From the NCBI GenBank assembly GCA_964517625.1, contig CAZFBW010000002.1:25893-89892 (forward strand): 64,000 nucleotides of DNA, read 5' to 3'. Source of the DNA: an uncultured Candidatus Saccharibacteria bacterium. Lineage in GTDB: Bacteria > Patescibacteriota > Minisyncoccia > Phycocordibacterales > UBA5272. Each line of letters begins with the position of its first letter. Position 1 is the stretch's first letter. Made by a program: the position numbers and the translations under genes. This document shows positions 30,506 to 39,065 of the stretch, piece after piece. The notes beneath the pieces were generated by a model. The model did no database searches, was not told where the DNA came from, and saw only the letters and a list, made by a program, of their open reading frames with translations.

Positions 30506-31561
30506 ATGCAACCACTAAAAATAGCAATCAATGGGTTTGGGCGTATTGGGCGTGCGTTTTTAAAAGTGTCCCTATTGCGTGATGACATGGAAGTTGTCGC
30601 AGTGAACGATTTAGGAGATGTTAAGAATTTGGCGTACCTTCTTCAGTACGATACAGTGTACAAAACCTCTCCATTTGATGTTCATGCAGAAATTCATGAG
30701 GGCGGAAAGCAAGAACTTGTTATTAAAATGGGGGACAAGGAGCGACGTGTGGCCGTTGTACAGGTAAAGGATCCCACAACACTTCCATGGAAAGATTTTG
30801 GTATTGATGTTGTTGTTGAATCAACGGGACTCTTTGTTACATATGACAAAGCAAATGCACACATCATCGCAGGCGCTAAGCATGTGGTTATCTCTGCGCC
30901 CGCAAAGAAAGGCGAAGACGAGAGTATCAAGGGTGAAACAATTCTCCTTTCAGTGAATGAAGATAAATTTGGCACGTGCCAAGTAACATCGAATGCATCG
31001 TGTACGACCAATGCATCATCACCAATTATTGGAATTCTCGATGAAGCAATTGGTATTGAAAAAGCAATCTTAAACACTGTTCACTCATATACCGCTTCAC
31101 AATCAATTGTGGATGGTCCAAATAAAAAAGATTTTCGTGAAGGCAGATCAGGTGGGCAAAATATCGTACCTTCTTCTACGGGCGCGGCAATTGCTGTAAC
31201 AAAGGCATATACGCAACTTGAAGGAAAGTTTGATGGTATTTCTATTCGCGTACCAACTCCGGCTGGTTCTATTGCTGACATTACCTTTATTTCAAAGCGA
31301 CCAACAAGCGCTGAAGAAGTAAACAGTATTCTTAAAAAAGCATCTGAACGTGACAAATGGAAACATGTATTTACAGCAACTGAGGAAGAACTTGTTTCAA
31401 GCGATATTATTGGGCTTCCGTTTGCCTCTATTGCTGATTTGAAGATGACACGTGTCGTTGATGGCAACTTGGTAAAGGTAATGGCATGGTATGACAATGA
31501 AATGGGATACACTAACACCCTCGTTGAACACGTCGCCCGTGCAGGAAAAGCAATAAAATAA
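30506..31561 (+). CDS. gap: type I glyceraldehyde-3-phosphate dehydrogenase
   Basis: KIAINGFGRIGR NAD-binding motif; active-site SNASCTTN; 351 aa. Confidence 0.95.
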   Translation: MQPLKIAINGFGRIGRAFLKVSLLRDDMEVVAVNDLGDVKNLAYLLQYDTVYKTSPFDVHAEIHEGGKQELVIKMGDKERRVAVVQVKDPTTLPWKDFGIDVVVESTGLFVTYDKANAHIIAGAKHVVISAPAKKGEDESIKGETILLSVNEDKFGTCQVTSNASCTTNASSPIIGILDEAIGIEKAILNTVHSYTASQSIVDGPNKKDFREGRSGGQNIVPSSTGAAIAVTKAYTQLEGKFDGISIRVPTPAGSIADITFISKRPTSAEEVNSILKKASERDKWKHVFTATEEELVSSDIIGLPFASIADLKMTRVVDGNLVKVMAWYDNEMGYTNTLVEHVARAGKAIK

Positions 31562-31680
31562 GTAGCTTCTGCGTTACGGATCCTAGGCTCACTCGTCACT
31601 GTACATTTGGGTACAGCTCCTTGTTCGCCTTCCCGTGCCTTGAATCTTTCTTATTGTATTGCTTTTCCTAGGGGTTTTAT

Positions 31681-31689
31681 TGGTATACT
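31681..31689 (+). promoter_or_regulatory. extended -10 TGGTATACT upstream of rpiB
   Basis: Seen directly 8 nt before the ATG. Confidence 0.45.
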
Positions 31690-31696
31690 TAGACTT

Positions 31697-32170
31697 ATGA
31701 AATTATATTTAGCAACAGACCACGCAGGATTTGAATTGAAAGAAAAAATAAAGAAACATCTTGAAGAACATAAGGGAGATTTTGGTATTACTGAAATTGA
31801 AGATTGTGGAGCACATGAACACAGAGATGGTGACAATTACCCAGAATATATGGCGCTCGCTGCAAAAAAGATACAACACGACGCTCTCCATGCGCCGGCA
31901 CTCGGTATTATTTTTGGTGGGTCAGGACAAGGGGAAGCTATTGTTGCTAATCGTTTCAAGCATGTACGCGCTATTGTGTACGCTGGAGGCAACTTAGAAC
32001 TTGTAAAATTAGGTCGTGAACATAACGATGCAAATGTGCTTTCAATTGGCGCACGATTTGTCACATACGAACAGGCACATGAAGCACTCGAACTTTTTTT
32101 GAAGACATCATTTTCACACGAGGAGCGTCATGCAGAGCGCGTCATTGCGATTGATGCACTTGAACACTAA
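31697..32170 (+). CDS. rpiB: ribose-5-phosphate isomerase B (RpiB/LacAB family)
   Basis: MKLYLATDHAGFELKEKIKKHL N-terminus; start placed after the promoter rather than at ORF-track 31607. Confidence 0.85.
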   Translation: MKLYLATDHAGFELKEKIKKHLEEHKGDFGITEIEDCGAHEHRDGDNYPEYMALAAKKIQHDALHAPALGIIFGGSGQGEAIVANRFKHVRAIVYAGGNLELVKLGREHNDANVLSIGARFVTYEQAHEALELFLKTSFSHEERHAERVIAIDALEH

Positions 32171-32172
32171 AT

Positions 32173-32838
32173 ATGAGCATTATTCCTGCAATTTTGCCAC
32201 ACAGTTTTGAAGAGATGACAGAAAAACTGTCTCGCATTGAAGGGTTGACCTCACTTGTGCAAATTGATATTTGTGACGGTGTGTTTGGACTTGAAAAAAC
32301 ATGGATGCCAACAGGCGGAGAAATAATGCCCGCTGGTTTTGAATATGAATTTGATTTGATGGTGAGCGACTGGGGGACAGTGGTTGCCAATGTTGTAGCC
32401 CTTGGTGCAAAGCGCATTGTGCTTCACGTTGACCACATGGGAGATGAGGAGATCGGAAGCACAGTCTCCTCGCTTAAAGAAAAAGGAATTCTTGCCGGCA
32501 TTGCTGTTTCAAACGACATCGCCATTGAAACACATATTCACGCACTTCGTCTCGCTAAAGAAATTGATTATCAATGCTACGCACAGGTGATGGGTATCGC
32601 CCGCATCGGTGAACAAGGACAAGAGTTTGACGAAACTGCTCCAGAAAGAATTAGGGCGCTCAAAAGACAAATCGGGGACGCTGTTGTGCAAGTCGACGGT
32701 GCAATGAATCCAGAGAATGGTCCGAAAGTTGTAGAGGCTGGCGCAACATCCCTTGTTGTTGGTTCGTATCTTTTCAGTATGGGTGAAGTGGCAACGGCGT
32801 ATGGAAATATGCAATCTTTATTGCAAAGTGAAGAATAA
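32173..32838 (+). CDS. rpe: ribulose-phosphate 3-epimerase family TIM-barrel protein
   Basis: Aligns by eye to Rpe: IIPAILPHSFEEM, VQIDICDGVF (cf. HVDVMDGHF), VQVDGAMNPENGPKVVEAGATSLVVGS (cf. LEVDGGV...AGAD.FVAGSA). Confidence 0.6.
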   Translation: MSIIPAILPHSFEEMTEKLSRIEGLTSLVQIDICDGVFGLEKTWMPTGGEIMPAGFEYEFDLMVSDWGTVVANVVALGAKRIVLHVDHMGDEEIGSTVSSLKEKGILAGIAVSNDIAIETHIHALRLAKEIDYQCYAQVMGIARIGEQGQEFDETAPERIRALKRQIGDAVVQVDGAMNPENGPKVVEAGATSLVVGSYLFSMGEVATAYGNMQSLLQSEE

Positions 32839-32885
32839 CGCCTTGTTCACTATCTCCTGGTACAGATACGCTATATACTATTTAC

Positions 32886-33752
32886 ATGCACGCATTGACT
32901 GATATTGAAGTAAGAGCGCTTGAACTTCGCGCAGAAGATATTCGCGAAAGTATTATCAAGATGCTTCTTGAGGCTGGGAGTGGTCACACGGCAGGACCGC
33001 TTGGTATGACGGACGTGTTTACCTGTCTTTATTTTCGTCTTCTTAATCACAATCCTCGCCACCCAAACTGGATTCAACGTGATAGGGTGATTCTTTCTAA
33101 TGGTCATATTGCTCCAGTCTTGTACGCGACGATGGCACACGCTGGGTACTTTCCAGTCCCTGAATTAAAAACACTCCGCAAGTTTGGTACACGCTTACAA
33201 GGTCATCCGCACCGCGACGCTCTTCCGGGTCTTGAAACAACGTCCGGTCCGCTTGGGTGTGGGCTCTCGCAAGCAATCGGCATGGCGCTTATGGATAAAT
33301 TGGAAGAACACAAGCCAGATAGATATTTTTATTGTTTGATGGGAGATGGCGAGATTAATGAAGGCCAGGTATGGGAATCATTGCTTCACTTAGGAAAATA
33401 TAATTTGCATAAAATTATTTCTATTATTGATAGAAATACAATTCAAATTGATGGATATACGGAAGACGTACTACCACTTGAACCGCTGAAAGATAAGTTA
33501 GAAGCTTTCAATCTCCACGTGGTTGAAATTGATGGACACAATATGCAAGACATTGTTCGTGCGGTTGGTGTTGCAAAATCAAGCATGGATAAGCCAACGG
33601 TAATCATTGCTCACACAATTCCGGGTAAAGGGGTAGATGAATTTGAGGGCGACTATAGATGGCATGGCAAAGCGCCAAACGAAGAAGAGGCAAAGCAGGC
33701 ACTTAAAGAATTGCGAACCTTGCGTGGGAAAGTTTTACACGGAGAAGCATAA
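32886..33752 (+). CDS. transketolase, N-terminal (TPP-binding) subunit of split transketolase
   Basis: GHTAGPLGMTDVFTCLYF, GDGEINEGQVWE TPP motif; 288 aa. Confidence 0.9.
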   Translation: MHALTDIEVRALELRAEDIRESIIKMLLEAGSGHTAGPLGMTDVFTCLYFRLLNHNPRHPNWIQRDRVILSNGHIAPVLYATMAHAGYFPVPELKTLRKFGTRLQGHPHRDALPGLETTSGPLGCGLSQAIGMALMDKLEEHKPDRYFYCLMGDGEINEGQVWESLLHLGKYNLHKIISIIDRNTIQIDGYTEDVLPLEPLKDKLEAFNLHVVEIDGHNMQDIVRAVGVAKSSMDKPTVIIAHTIPGKGVDEFEGDYRWHGKAPNEEEAKQALKELRTLRGKVLHGEA

Positions 33753-33758
33753 ACAGAT

Positions 33759-34745
33759 ATGTTAAGAAAAACACTCTTTACCCCAAATGAAGAAGAAAAA
33801 GCAACACGCGAAGGTTTCGGCGAAGGTCTTGTTGTTGCTGGAAAGAAAAATGCAAACGTTGTTGCGCTGTGTGCTGATTTGACGGACAGCACTAAGATGG
33901 ATTTATTTAAGAAGGAATTTCCACTACGATTTTTTGAAATGGGAATTACCGAGCAAGCAATGTCAGGTGTGGCTTCGGGAATGGCGGCGATGGGATATAA
34001 ACCATTCATGGCGAGCTACGCTATGTTTTCTCCTGGGCGTAACTGGGAACAAATTCGTACGACTATTGCTTACAACAACCAACCAGTGACTGTTGTCGGT
34101 GCGCACGCGGGCATCTCGGTTGGGCCAGACGGTGCAACCCATCAAGCACTCGAAGATATTGCTATTATGCGCGCAATACCAAACATGAATATCCTTGTTC
34201 CGTGTGATGCTGTTGAAGCAAAAGCAATGACAGAATTTTTAGCTACGTTTGAATCTCCGGCATATCTGCGTTTAACGCGCGAAAAAACTCCAATTATTGT
34301 TTCCGATGACACACCATTTACCTTTGGCAAAGCGAGCATCCTCTATATTCCACAAAGCAAATACGGCAAACCATACATGCACAAAATAGCAATCATTGCG
34401 TGTGGTCCAATCATTTACGAAGCACTTAAAGCAGCGCACGAACTTGAAAAAGAAGGAATTGGTGCAACGGTGATTAATATGTCTACTATAAAACCACTCG
34501 ATACTGATTTTCTCTTAAGACTTTCTCGTGATGTGCAAAGCTTTGTTACTGTAGAAGAAGGACAAATGCATGGTGGATTGGGTGGTGCTGTTGCTGAATA
34601 CATGTCAGCATACAAGCCAATCAAAATTGTTTCAGTTGGGGTTAAGGACAGGTTCGGACAAAGTGGTAAGCCACAAGAGTTGTATCAAGAATATGAAATG
34701 ACATCATCTCATATTGTAGAAGCGGCGAAACAATCACTCGTATAA
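33759..34745 (+). CDS. transketolase, C-terminal (pyrimidine-binding) subunit
   Basis: FFEMGITEQAMSGVASGMA motif; 328 aa. Confidence 0.9.
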   Translation: MLRKTLFTPNEEEKATREGFGEGLVVAGKKNANVVALCADLTDSTKMDLFKKEFPLRFFEMGITEQAMSGVASGMAAMGYKPFMASYAMFSPGRNWEQIRTTIAYNNQPVTVVGAHAGISVGPDGATHQALEDIAIMRAIPNMNILVPCDAVEAKAMTEFLATFESPAYLRLTREKTPIIVSDDTPFTFGKASILYIPQSKYGKPYMHKIAIIACGPIIYEALKAAHELEKEGIGATVINMSTIKPLDTDFLLRLSRDVQSFVTVEEGQMHGGLGGAVAEYMSAYKPIKIVSVGVKDRFGQSGKPQELYQEYEMTSSHIVEAAKQSLV

Positions 34746-34778
34746 TAAAAAACCTCGCACCATGTGCGAGGTTTTTTT
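34746..34778. terminator. bidirectional terminator (A6-CCTCGCAC-catg-GTGCGAGG-T7) between convergent genes
   Basis: Seen directly. Confidence 0.6.
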
Positions 34779-34786
34779 ATTGTTTA

Positions 34787-35779
34787 CTATTCCAGTATGT
34801 TGAGTGTGTAGGTTGCTGGTGCTTTGCTTAGGTATTCTTCCAATTTTTCTTCGGTGAGCAATCCTTCTTGTGCGCCGACATGTTGAACTACATTCATACT
34901 GTTAATCGGTGCACGAACAATTGCATACGCTGGGTCGAATCCTCGCGCAAGGAAGGAAACAAAGGTAGAAAAGAACGCATCCCCAGCACCCGTTCGTTCA
35001 AATGGAGGCTTTTCGTCAGGATAAATTGGCATATTGAAGTAGGTGCCATTATTTTTCATATATGAGCCGTTGTGACCATCGGTGATGATAACGATTTTTG
35101 GGCCCCATGTTTCTAACATGTCGAGCAATTTTTTAATATCGTGCTCTTCTGTTTCAAGCAACCCTTGTGATTCCTCTTTGTTCATACACACAACTTCGGT
35201 TTTTTTGTAGAGGTCAGCAATTTCTTTCTTGAACCCAAGCTGAAATGTTCCTGGTTGGAATGCAAGTTTTACTTCAGGGTGTGACTCCAGGTATTTAATG
35301 AGTTCGTGGTGCATCGGAAGGGTGTGTTTACCTAACGATGAGAGGTAAACCCACTTTGGTGTACCTAAATCAGGAAGCACCGGCGTAAATTCTTCGTGTT
35401 TGATGAGAATTGTTCTGTCATCGCCGTACCAGAGCACATAGTGGTAGTTCGTACGCTTACCGTCTTCTAGTTGGATAAATTTCGTCGCAACTTTTTCTGC
35501 TTCCAATTTATCGAGACACTCTTTTCCGTGCTTGTCGTTGCCAAGGTAGGTAAGAAGGGCAGCTGAAAGTCCAAGACGAGACGCAGAAACTGCGGCATTT
35601 GCACTGTTTCCAACGGCTGGAAGCACAACCACACTATCGTAAGGAACTTTTGCTCCATACGGAATACAGAGTTCTGCACCGTGAGCTGTTTCTTGCACAT
35701 GACCAACAGAAACTCTAATAAAAGCATCAATGACAGTGTCGCCAATTGCGACAAAGTCAAAATTTTGTTGTGTATCCAT
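34787..35779 (-). CDS. PfkB-family carbohydrate kinase (ribokinase-like)
   Basis: C-terminal TGAGDAF motif; N-terminal GG-like sugar-binding region; 330 aa. Confidence 0.8.
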   Translation of the reverse strand: MDTQQNFDFVAIGDTVIDAFIRVSVGHVQETAHGAELCIPYGAKVPYDSVVVLPAVGNSANAAVSASRLGLSAALLTYLGNDKHGKECLDKLEAEKVATKFIQLEDGKRTNYHYVLWYGDDRTILIKHEEFTPVLPDLGTPKWVYLSSLGKHTLPMHHELIKYLESHPEVKLAFQPGTFQLGFKKEIADLYKKTEVVCMNKEESQGLLETEEHDIKKLLDMLETWGPKIVIITDGHNGSYMKNNGTYFNMPIYPDEKPPFERTGAGDAFFSTFVSFLARGFDPAYAIVRAPINSMNVVQHVGAQEGLLTEEKLEEYLSKAPATYTLNILE

Positions 35780-35823
35780 ATGTTCTTTAGTCTATCATCG
35801 TAAGTGCGATATACTATGTTGAT

Positions 35824-36714
35824 ATGAAGACATTAACCCCCCAATCAAACCATTATCTCGACACTGTTCTTGCTTATAAGGCAGAAGGAAAAGCAATTGC
35901 ACATTTTAATATTTCTAATCTTGATCAATTGCGCGCAATTTGTGATGTGGCGCAAGAACTAAAACAACCAGTAATTATAGGGGCAAGCGAAGGAGAGCGA
36001 AGCTATATGGGGGTAGCGATGGTCAGGAAAATGGTTGATGAAATGAATCAAGAATACGACGTGCCAATATTTTTAAACGCTGACCACACATACACCTTTG
36101 AAAAAGTAAAAGAGGTGGTTGAGCTTGGCTATGACAGCGTGATAATCGATGGAGCAAAGCTTCCGTATGAAGAAAATGTTGCACTTGTAAAACAGTGTGT
36201 TGATTTTGTACGTGACTATGAAGCAAAAACCGGTAAACGCGTACTTACGGAAGCAGAGCTTGGATACATTGGACAGTCGTCATCGCTTAATAGCGCTCTT
36301 CCAGAAGGGGTGACAGAAGAAAACTTAACGACAGTGGAACAAGCAAAAGACTTTGTTCTTCGTACGGGTATCGATATGTTTGCTCCAGCAATTGGTAACG
36401 TCCATGGAATGTTGATTGATGCGGAAGAACCGAAATTGCATATCGACAGACTCAAAGAAATAAGCGCAGTCATTGATGTACCTCTCGTACTTCATGGTGC
36501 TTCTGGAAATACCGATGAAGATTTGATGGCGTCAATTGATGCGGGAATTTCTATTGTGCATATTAATACTGAAATCAGAAAAGCATTCCGTGATGGTGAA
36601 ATGAACTACTTGGCGGAACACCCAAATGAAGTTGCACCGTATAAGTTTGGCAAAGAAGGACAGGAAGAAATGAAAAAAGTGGTGAAGGCGAAAATGGAGT
36701 TATATATGAAATAA
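35824..36714 (+). CDS. fba: class II fructose-bisphosphate aldolase family protein
   Basis: 296 aa; FbaA/tagatose-bisphosphate aldolase family pattern (HFNISNLDQ, LHGASG). Confidence 0.85.
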   Translation: MKTLTPQSNHYLDTVLAYKAEGKAIAHFNISNLDQLRAICDVAQELKQPVIIGASEGERSYMGVAMVRKMVDEMNQEYDVPIFLNADHTYTFEKVKEVVELGYDSVIIDGAKLPYEENVALVKQCVDFVRDYEAKTGKRVLTEAELGYIGQSSSLNSALPEGVTEENLTTVEQAKDFVLRTGIDMFAPAIGNVHGMLIDAEEPKLHIDRLKEISAVIDVPLVLHGASGNTDEDLMASIDAGISIVHINTEIRKAFRDGEMNYLAEHPNEVAPYKFGKEGQEEMKKVVKAKMELYMK

Positions 36715-36718
36715 AACC

Positions 36719-37102
36719 ATGACAACACTTTTTACAAAAATCATACAGGGAGAAATTCCATCATATAAAGTGTATGAAGACGATGTAGTATTTGCATTTT
36801 TGGACATTAACCCAATGCAAAAGGGACACACACTTGTTGTGCCGAAAGTAGAAATTGACCAATTGATTGATCTGGACGAAAAAACGTTTGATAGGTATAT
36901 GCATCGTGTGCGCTATGTTGCGCAAATTCTGCGCGCAAAGACAAATTGCAAGCGAGTCTGTATGGTGGTTGAAGGGTATGCGATTCCACACGCACATGTA
37001 CATCTCATCCCAACAAACTCTGCAGACGAATTCGATAAGAAACATGTTCATCCTGCAACAAAAGAAGAACTTGAAGAAATGCATAAGCTTCTTACCACAT
37101 AA
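36719..37102 (+). CDS. HIT-family (histidine triad) protein
   Basis: HAHVHLIP histidine triad. Confidence 0.85.
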   Translation: MTTLFTKIIQGEIPSYKVYEDDVVFAFLDINPMQKGHTLVVPKVEIDQLIDLDEKTFDRYMHRVRYVAQILRAKTNCKRVCMVVEGYAIPHAHVHLIPTNSADEFDKKHVHPATKEELEEMHKLLTT

Positions 37103-37362
37103 TGCGCTCCTTTACTGATAACGTATACGCTGTTGTAAAAAAGATTAAGAAGGGAAAAACGCTTACTTATAAACAAGTGGCTGATTTGGCAGGGAATCCG
37201 AAAGCGTGCCGGGCAGTAGGAAATATTTTGAATAAGAATTACGATAAAAAGATCCCGTGTCACAGGGTTATTCGAAGTGACGGACGTCCTGGCGGGTACA
37301 ATCGGGGAGAAAAATTAAAGATAAGGCGCCTCAAACAAGAAGGTGCTACACTTATAGTATGA
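37102..37362 (+). CDS. MGMT-family DNA-binding domain protein (alkyltransferase-like)
   Basis: PCHRVI active-site-like motif; 86 aa. Confidence 0.7.
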   Translation: MRSFTDNVYAVVKKIKKGKTLTYKQVADLAGNPKACRAVGNILNKNYDKKIPCHRVIRSDGRPGGYNRGEKLKIRRLKQEGATLIV

Positions 37363-37700
37363 TTTGGCACATTATTCTTCGTATCGTCGCAATTTTAGTT
37401 GCAAGCTACATTACCCACGTCGGCGTACCACTTGTTGTTTCTATGAACACGCTCTGGATTGCTTTCTTGGTATCAATAGTGCTTGCAATTATTAACCACA
37501 CCATTAAACCGCTTCTCCACATTATTCTCATACCAATTCACTTTTTAACACTTGGACTTTCTTCATTTTTAGTCAACGGCGCGATGATTGTACTTGCGAG
37601 CTATTTAGTTCCTGGATTTATTATTCCAAGTATTATCATGGGAATTTGGTTTTCTTTTGTCTTGGCGGTTATCAATTGGTTACTCCATATTTTTGAATAA
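37359..37700 (+). CDS. phage-holin-4_2 / DUF360 family membrane protein
   Basis: 113 aa, four TM helices, pattern VLAIINHTIKPLLHIILIPIHFLTLGL. Confidence 0.55.
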   Translation: MIWHIILRIVAILVASYITHVGVPLVVSMNTLWIAFLVSIVLAIINHTIKPLLHIILIPIHFLTLGLSSFLVNGAMIVLASYLVPGFIIPSIIMGIWFSFVLAVINWLLHIFE

Positions 37701-37745
37701 ACCACTCCTATAAGGGTATTTTTAGTTTTTGCTATTATCTGTTGC

Positions 37746-38888
37746 GTGGTAAAATGGGTGTGTATGTCACTAATACTAGGAATTTTGGGCGGACTTGTTG
37801 GGATTATTATTATCGGAGGAATTATCGCCTTAGGGTACAGCGCTGTGTCTGGAAACCAAGGCAACAATCTTATGGAAAATAAAATAAAAGCACTTGATGT
37901 ATTCGTATACTTGGGTATTTTTATTACCCTTGTTGTTTCGGTAACAAATCTTTTACAAATTATATTTGCAGCAGTTAATCGTAAATTTGTCGATTTGCTT
38001 GACTACCAAGGAGTGATGGATGTTTACAATAGTGATGTTCGTTTTGCAATCGCATCGCTTGTCGTGGTGTATCCAATTTACGTCGGTCTCTCATGGTTTG
38101 TTGCGAAAGATATCGTCAAGAATCCTTACAAGCGTGATTTGAAGATTCGTAAAATCATGATTTATGTGGCACTCTTTGTCACGCTTTGTACACTTGTCGG
38201 AACGCTCGTTTCTATTATTTATACCTATTTAGGTGGCGAGCTCTCTGTTCGCTTTGGGTTAAAAGCGGTTGCGGTATTTGCAGTAGCGCTTACGGTGTTT
38301 GGATACTATTTGTTTTCACTTCGTCGCGATTATGCACAAAAAACATATATTCCGCACATATTTACTATTGGTGTAACACTCGCAGTTGTGGTTTCACTGG
38401 TGTGGAGTATTTCAATTGTTGGTACGCCAGGAGAAATGCGTATGAAGCGAATAGACAATACCCGTCTCTCGGATATTTCTCGTCTTCAACAAGAAGTTTT
38501 CAACCACTTCCAGGGAGCAGACAAACTTCCAGCCAATCTCGCAGAATTAAATGATGCTTTTCAAGGGTACTCTGTTCCTGTAGACCCGGTCACGAAAGAA
38601 AATTATGTTTACAGAGTAGTGGAGCAACCAGTAATGCGAATGAATTATACGACCAACAAAAAAGAGATGGCAACTAATGCTGTATTTGAATTGTGTGCAA
38701 CGTTTGACACCAAACGCGCAGTTGATTCTCGTGGAATGCAGATTGTCGGTAAGGGTGGAGCAACAGATGTTATGTATTCTGTAGCAAATTACTACAACGA
38801 ATATGACCAGTCACCATTTTGGAACCACGAAGCGGGAGAGACATGCTTTAAGCGTATTATCACTCCGGATATGTACTACGGTCGCTAG
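37746..38888 (+). CDS. hypothetical polytopic membrane protein with C-terminal extracytoplasmic domain
   Basis: ~6 predicted TM helices in the first 230 aa, soluble C-terminal 150 aa. Confidence 0.4.
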   Translation: MVKWVCMSLILGILGGLVGIIIIGGIIALGYSAVSGNQGNNLMENKIKALDVFVYLGIFITLVVSVTNLLQIIFAAVNRKFVDLLDYQGVMDVYNSDVRFAIASLVVVYPIYVGLSWFVAKDIVKNPYKRDLKIRKIMIYVALFVTLCTLVGTLVSIIYTYLGGELSVRFGLKAVAVFAVALTVFGYYLFSLRRDYAQKTYIPHIFTIGVTLAVVVSLVWSISIVGTPGEMRMKRIDNTRLSDISRLQQEVFNHFQGADKLPANLAELNDAFQGYSVPVDPVTKENYVYRVVEQPVMRMNYTTNKKEMATNAVFELCATFDTKRAVDSRGMQIVGKGGATDVMYSVANYYNEYDQSPFWNHEAGETCFKRIITPDMYYGR

Positions 38889-39065
38889 ATAGCCAAAATC
38901 ACTTCATCTACTTTGTTGCCACATCAAACTTGTCAGTCGCCGTACATGTAAGTACGTCTTCTTCCAAGTTTTCGTGGCGTCTCGTATCTGAAGCAATTTT
39001 GGCCATCTAGGGAGACACACTCTCTCGACGGGGGGCTGTTTTTCACGTATTATTAATAGACAATT

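Noticed and set aside
38889-39065. T-box riboswitch upstream of leuS
   Set aside because: No T-box consensus and the region is too short (177 bp); kept only as a low-interest structured leader.
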